Part shown: one piece after another, positions 16,527 to 20,000 of the stretch | Numbering within the stretch: position 1 is the stretch's first letter | Layout of the letters: the number at the start of each line of letters is the position of its first letter | Source of the DNA: an uncultured virus (IMG/VR IMGVR_UViG_3300009285_011187) | Lineage: Duplodnaviria; Heunggongvirae; Uroviricota; Caudoviricetes | Strand: one strand, 5' to 3' | IMG/VR virus record: IMGVR_UViG_3300009285_011187 | DNA length: 20,000 nt | Notes under the pieces: model-generated | Databases searched by the model: none | Seen by the model: only the letters and a program-made list of their open reading frames with translations | Told to the model about the DNA's origin: nothing | Position numbers and translations under genes: made by a program

Positions 16527-16775
16527 ATGAACCTGTTAATCTTCATAATCATCATAATCGGCGCCGTCAGTCTAGGTTGGTACGCATGGAGGAAAATATG
16601 TTCAAAGTCATTCTCGGCTGGCAGGGTGAACTGCATACGCTCCATTACACGAAAGCATCGACGGCTTGCCAGGCTGAAGCACAGGCCATATACGCCCTGG
16701 GCAAAAAGACAAGAAGATCCACTGCGTCACTTACGGCATACTTCAGATCCCAACCGCGGAGAAAGGAGATTATAA
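16527..16775 (+). CDS. Hypothetical protein with an N-terminal TM helix
   Basis: AGGAGG RBS; MNLLIFIIIIIGAVSLGWYAWRK; overlaps the next ORF. Confidence 0.45.
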   Translation: MNLLIFIIIIIGAVSLGWYAWRKICSKSFSAGRVNCIRSITRKHRRLARLKHRPYTPWAKRQEDPLRHLRHTSDPNRGERRL

Positions 16776-16783
16776 AGTGTTAA
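16598..16783 (+). CDS. Hypothetical protein
   Basis: GGAGG RBS before ATG 16598; 61 aa. Confidence 0.55.
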   Translation: MFKVILGWQGELHTLHYTKASTACQAEAQAIYALGKKTRRSTASLTAYFRSQPRRKEIIKC

Positions 16784-16977
16784 AGGCCGCATACGTGATC
16801 GGACTCCCAGAAACAGGGGGCTGCTGGATCTGCACAGAAAGATGTTATTTTAACCACAAACAAGCATACGCAGCCCTGGAAATCATCAGAAAGCACGACC
16901 CGGACTGTAAAGACAAAGTATTTCATTTATACGGGGAGGAAAATGACAATGGAAACGATGGCTATTATCTACTCTGA
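16777..16977 (+). CDS. Hypothetical protein
   Basis: AGGAG RBS, GTG start overlapping the previous gene end. Confidence 0.55.
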   Translation: MLKAAYVIGLPETGGCWICTERCYFNHKQAYAALEIIRKHDPDCKDKVFHLYGEENDNGNDGYYLL

Positions 16978-17140
16978 CGCCTGCAGTGCCAGAGGCAAAG
17001 CATGCACGCCCGGATTTTTCGGCTGTAATAACGATCCGGCGAACTGCCCATACTTCACCAAGAAAGAAGCTCTACCTGTGGAACCCGAGAGCTTCACGGG
17101 CCGGCAAATGAAAGATTGGGCTGAACAATTATGGTATTGA
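16943..17140 (+). CDS. Small Cys-rich hypothetical protein
   Basis: GGAGG RBS; four Cys (C-x7-C-x6-C-x6-C). Confidence 0.6.
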   Translation: MTMETMAIIYSDACSARGKACTPGFFGCNNDPANCPYFTKKEALPVEPESFTGRQMKDWAEQLWY

Positions 17141-17183
17141 TTCTGTTATTAATTGAACTCACTAACAACAAGGAGGATTTAAC

Positions 17184-17576
17184 ATGAATAAGGCAATGGT
17201 TATTGGAAGGCTAGGCGCGGACCCGGACGTTCGCACAATGCCCAGCGGCGACACAGTTGCAACACTTAGTATTGCGACCAACGAGCGATTCAAGGATGCC
17301 GAGGGCAATAAGCAGGAAAGGACCGAGTGGCACCGCGTTGTGACATTCGGGGCGATGGCAAAGGTGGCCGCAGATTATCTAGCCAAAGGCAGACTCATCA
17401 TGACGGAGGGCCGACTCCGGACCCGAAAATGGAACGATAAGGACGGCGTCACCAGGTACACCACTGAAATCGTGGCTCAACGCCTGGAAATGCTGGACAG
17501 CGCAATCAAGGCTGAATCGCCCAAAGCCCCGGCGCCGGACACGGAAACCTATAATAGCGAGGAGGTCCCGTTTTAA
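17184..17576 (+). CDS. ssb: Single-stranded DNA-binding protein
   Basis: MNKA..IGRLG.DP..R, ERTEWHRVV, YL.KG....EGRLRTRKW, acidic EEVPF C-terminus. Confidence 0.97.
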   Translation: MNKAMVIGRLGADPDVRTMPSGDTVATLSIATNERFKDAEGNKQERTEWHRVVTFGAMAKVAADYLAKGRLIMTEGRLRTRKWNDKDGVTRYTTEIVAQRLEMLDSAIKAESPKAPAPDTETYNSEEVPF

Positions 17577-17701
17577 TGAAACGCTACGTCCTGATCACCA
17601 TAATCGCTCTGGTTGTATATTACGGCATCAGCATTATGGCCGACATCAGGCAGTGTACAGCGGAACACGCCTACGACATCGCGGAGGGGCAGCAAAGATA
17701 A
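17576..17701 (+). CDS. Small membrane peptide (41 aa)
   Basis: TAATG coupling to the ssb stop; MKRYVLITIIALVVYYGISIMA...; below the ORF-track cutoff. Confidence 0.6.
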   Translation: MKRYVLITIIALVVYYGISIMADIRQCTAEHAYDIAEGQQR

Positions 17702-17808
17702 AATTCTTTCTGTCATTTTTTGTATTTATCTCACTTTTCAATCGGCCAGGCAGGGGAACGTAAAGATGCGCCCTGCCTGGCCCCAACAACAACAAGGAGG
17801 TTACAACA

Positions 17809-18153
17809 ATGAAAAAAGTTACAGCAACAAACATCTTTGCAACATTAATGATCGTCATCATGATCGCGTTGTCAGTGGTCCAGGTTCTCGCAGCAGATCA
17901 AATTCTCGAACGCAAAATCTCACAGATCGTCTTCCGGAACGACAAAAACGGCAACCCCTATGCTCGAATCCTCGTACCCGAACCAAAAACATTGAACGGC
18001 GTTACGTACACTAAAGACACATCGATCATGGTTTTCGGCGACCTCGTCAAGGACGCCAAAGTCTACAAAAAGGGCGATACCGTGAAGGCCGTAGTCTCGG
18101 CATCGGAATTCCGGGGTGGCATCAGCTACCAGGCGTTGAAATTTTTGAAATAA
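17809..18153 (+). CDS. Exported protein, signal peptide plus OB-fold-like domain
   Basis: MKK-hydrophobic-VLA signal peptide; DKNGNPYA and VFGD..K..KKGD.V beta-rich pattern; AAGGAGG RBS. Confidence 0.75.
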   Translation: MKKVTATNIFATLMIVIMIALSVVQVLAADQILERKISQIVFRNDKNGNPYARILVPEPKTLNGVTYTKDTSIMVFGDLVKDAKVYKKGDTVKAVVSASEFRGGISYQALKFLK

Positions 18154-18175
18154 TCGGCAAACCAGCAGAAGGGCG

Positions 18176-18305
18176 GGCCAGGGGCCGACAATCAGCACAG
18201 CGGCCCCTGGCCATTGTTTTTAGTTTCGGATCACAACCCGACATCGTAGCCAGGGGATAACGGTCAAAAGCCCATAGCGCCAAGGCCGCCCCTGGCTGTT
18301 TTTTT
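18176..18305 (+). terminator. Tandem terminator-like hairpins
   Basis: GGCCAGGGGCCG/CGGCCCCTGGCC (18176-18212) and AGCCAGGGG/CCCCTGGCT (18248-18297), each followed by T-runs. Confidence 0.55.
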
Positions 18306-18416
18306 CGCAATAGCCGGCCGGGCAGTCGGTAAGGGGATGCGCATCTTAAAAACGCATTTATAAAATTTCCAAGAAGGTATAAAAATAAGAACCGAACTGC
18401 GAAAAACGAGGCCAAT

Positions 18417-18773
18417 ATGTCAAAACCTACCGAAGAGCAAGAAAGATTCAACAAAGAAGAACTTAAAACAAAGATCAAAGAAATTTTCCAAACGAGCCCA
18501 GATCAATCAAAGGCAATAGTCGAAATCTACAAACTAGCGTTCCCGGACTGGGACAAAATCAAAAAGATTGAAGGCTGGCCGACCGCAGGTAAAGAATTGT
18601 CCGATTTTATCTGGGAACAATTTATTAAGTTTGATCTAAGGCACCACCCGGACCTTTTTGCTGGTGGATCATGGTTGAACTACGGCTTTTCAGCTCACGA
18701 CAATGAGCGCCTTGACCTCTGGGCCATCGACACATCGATGTGCCAGGTAGAATATGAGGGTCAGTATGGCTAA
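18417..18773 (+). CDS. Hypothetical protein
   Basis: 118 aa; GAGG RBS; globular-looking composition. Confidence 0.75.
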   Translation: MSKPTEEQERFNKEELKTKIKEIFQTSPDQSKAIVEIYKLAFPDWDKIKKIEGWPTAGKELSDFIWEQFIKFDLRHHPDLFAGGSWLNYGFSAHDNERLDLWAIDTSMCQVEYEGQYG

Positions 18774-18873
18774 ATCAAAAACAGCGCAATTTAAAGAAAT
18801 GGTTTCGACCGGACATATTACGACAAAACAACGCTGAAGATTCATATTACTCATTTAGGGAAGAGAGCATAAT

Positions 18874-19185
18874 GTGACCGCCAATTTCGAGATAATCCAC
18901 ACAGACGTCGACAACAAGATTCTCACTATTCGTGACCTGGGACCATGGGACAGATACCAGACCGTGACTAACGCCGCCGAAGAAATTGTGGATGCCCTAT
19001 TTCGCGTTGGCTGGCTCAAAGATGGATGGCGCCTGCTTTATTATGATTCCAAAAACGATCTTGACGAAATCCTGATCACAGACAAAACGTTCGCTGGGTT
19101 CAGAATTCATGGGAGCATGAGAAATGATCGCAGTATACTTTTACGGAGCTTGTCAGCCCAAAAATTCAGGATACAGCCGGAGTAA
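18874..19185 (+). CDS. Hypothetical protein
   Basis: 103-aa ORF in the operon; IRDLG...TVTNAAE, LYYDS..D.DEI. Confidence 0.7.
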   Translation: MTANFEIIHTDVDNKILTIRDLGPWDRYQTVTNAAEEIVDALFRVGWLKDGWRLLYYDSKNDLDEILITDKTFAGFRIHGSMRNDRSILLRSLSAQKFRIQPE

Positions 19186-19196
19186 AAGAGATTACT

Positions 19197-19577
19197 ATGC
19201 CCAATAAAAGCTATGTTACGATGGAACAAAAAATCTGCCCGGTTTGCGGCAAGCAATTCGACACAGGCGCCATTTTGCTTGATCAGCGTCTACGGGATCG
19301 CTTTGATCATGATACAGTAACCGGACTGTACATTTGCCCAGAAGACCAATCTAAGATAGACAAAGGCTACATACCGCTAGTAGTTGTCGATGAACAAAAA
19401 AGCGGCGGACCGAAGCAGCTCTTAAAGCCTTCCGACGCTTACAGAACCGGCGAAATCTTGTATATGAAAAAAGAAGCAGCCGCCGAGGTATTTAATATTC
19501 AGATATCCAAGTTTGCCTACATCGATGAAGAAACGGCCAGGAAAATCAAGGATATGATGCCCAAAGAAAAAGATTGA
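19197..19577 (+). CDS. Conserved mobile-element protein with CxxC motif
   Basis: KSYV.MEQK.CPVCG..FDTGAILLD.RL...CPE, AYRTG pattern, recalled from ICE/phage accessory proteins. Confidence 0.75.
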   Translation: MPNKSYVTMEQKICPVCGKQFDTGAILLDQRLRDRFDHDTVTGLYICPEDQSKIDKGYIPLVVVDEQKSGGPKQLLKPSDAYRTGEILYMKKEAAAEVFNIQISKFAYIDEETARKIKDMMPKEKD

Positions 19578-19738
19578 CAAACAAAACGCATTGTGCGCAA
19601 TATGATCTTGCGAGGATCGGCATACTGTGCTATCTTGTTTTTCCTGCGCCGCCATGTCGCCGGGCCGCCCTGGTGGATCGACACCCCGATCCTCGCATCC
19701 CAGGGCGGTTTTATTTTTTTCAGAAAGCGAGGATCGTC

Positions 19739-19909
19739 ATGAAGCATTCAACTAAAAATTTAATCAACAAATCATTTAAAGGAAATGCAGTAAAGTTGAA
19801 GCAATTGGAAGTGACACAGATATCTTTGCAGAATAACGCTAAGATAGTATTATCCGAGAAAGGGATCACGCCGCAAATAATATTAGGGAATATACCATTG
19901 GAAAGATGA
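19739..19909 (+). CDS. Small hypothetical protein (56 aa)
   Basis: GAGGA RBS; ATG at 19739 within ORF 19574-19909. Confidence 0.45.
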   Translation: MKHSTKNLINKSFKGNAVKLKQLEVTQISLQNNAKIVLSEKGITPQIILGNIPLER

Positions 19910-20000
19910 GCTTCATAATAGAGAACTTATTTACAGGGGATGTGATGGGTGTGCCTAGAGCACTGATTACTACATCATTAACAGTATTAGCACTCGCTCT

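Larger units (their letters stand above)
1..20000. mobile_element. Tailed bacteriophage / prophage or phage-plasmid segment (Mu-like head module, non-Mu terminase, non-contractile tail)
   Basis: Contiguous terminase-portal-protease-capsid-tail tube-chaperone operon, divergent small early genes and ssb; no host housekeeping genes; no tail sheath gene before the tube gene. Confidence 0.95.

Overview
The window is part of a tailed (probably siphovirus-type) phage genome with three zones. (1) 1-11168, minus strand: a late operon of TerS, TerL, an inserted lysis cassette (membrane protein, 3-TM holin, GH24 lysozyme), Mu-gp29-like portal, Mu-like protease/scaffold with an extra N-terminal domain, two paralogous DUF2190-like decoration proteins, major capsid, gp36/gp37-like head-tail proteins, tail tube and a tail assembly chaperone with a -1 slippery site. 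(2) About 11170-13900: a 2.7 kb non-coding divergent control region with an AT-rich iteron-like array, sso-like hairpin duplicates, 35-bp direct repeats, repeated 15-bp palindromes, a perfect chromosomal-type parS site and GC hairpins sharing AAGA loops. (3) 13904-20000, plus strand: early/accessory genes (DUF4326, SLOG, a 500-aa orphan, SSB, an exported OB-fold-like protein and many small ORFs). The most striking signals are mucin-like Thr/Ser C-terminal tails on three separate virion surface proteins, and the parS-bearing, repeat- and hairpin-dense control region. Family names come from motif recognition only; no searches were run.
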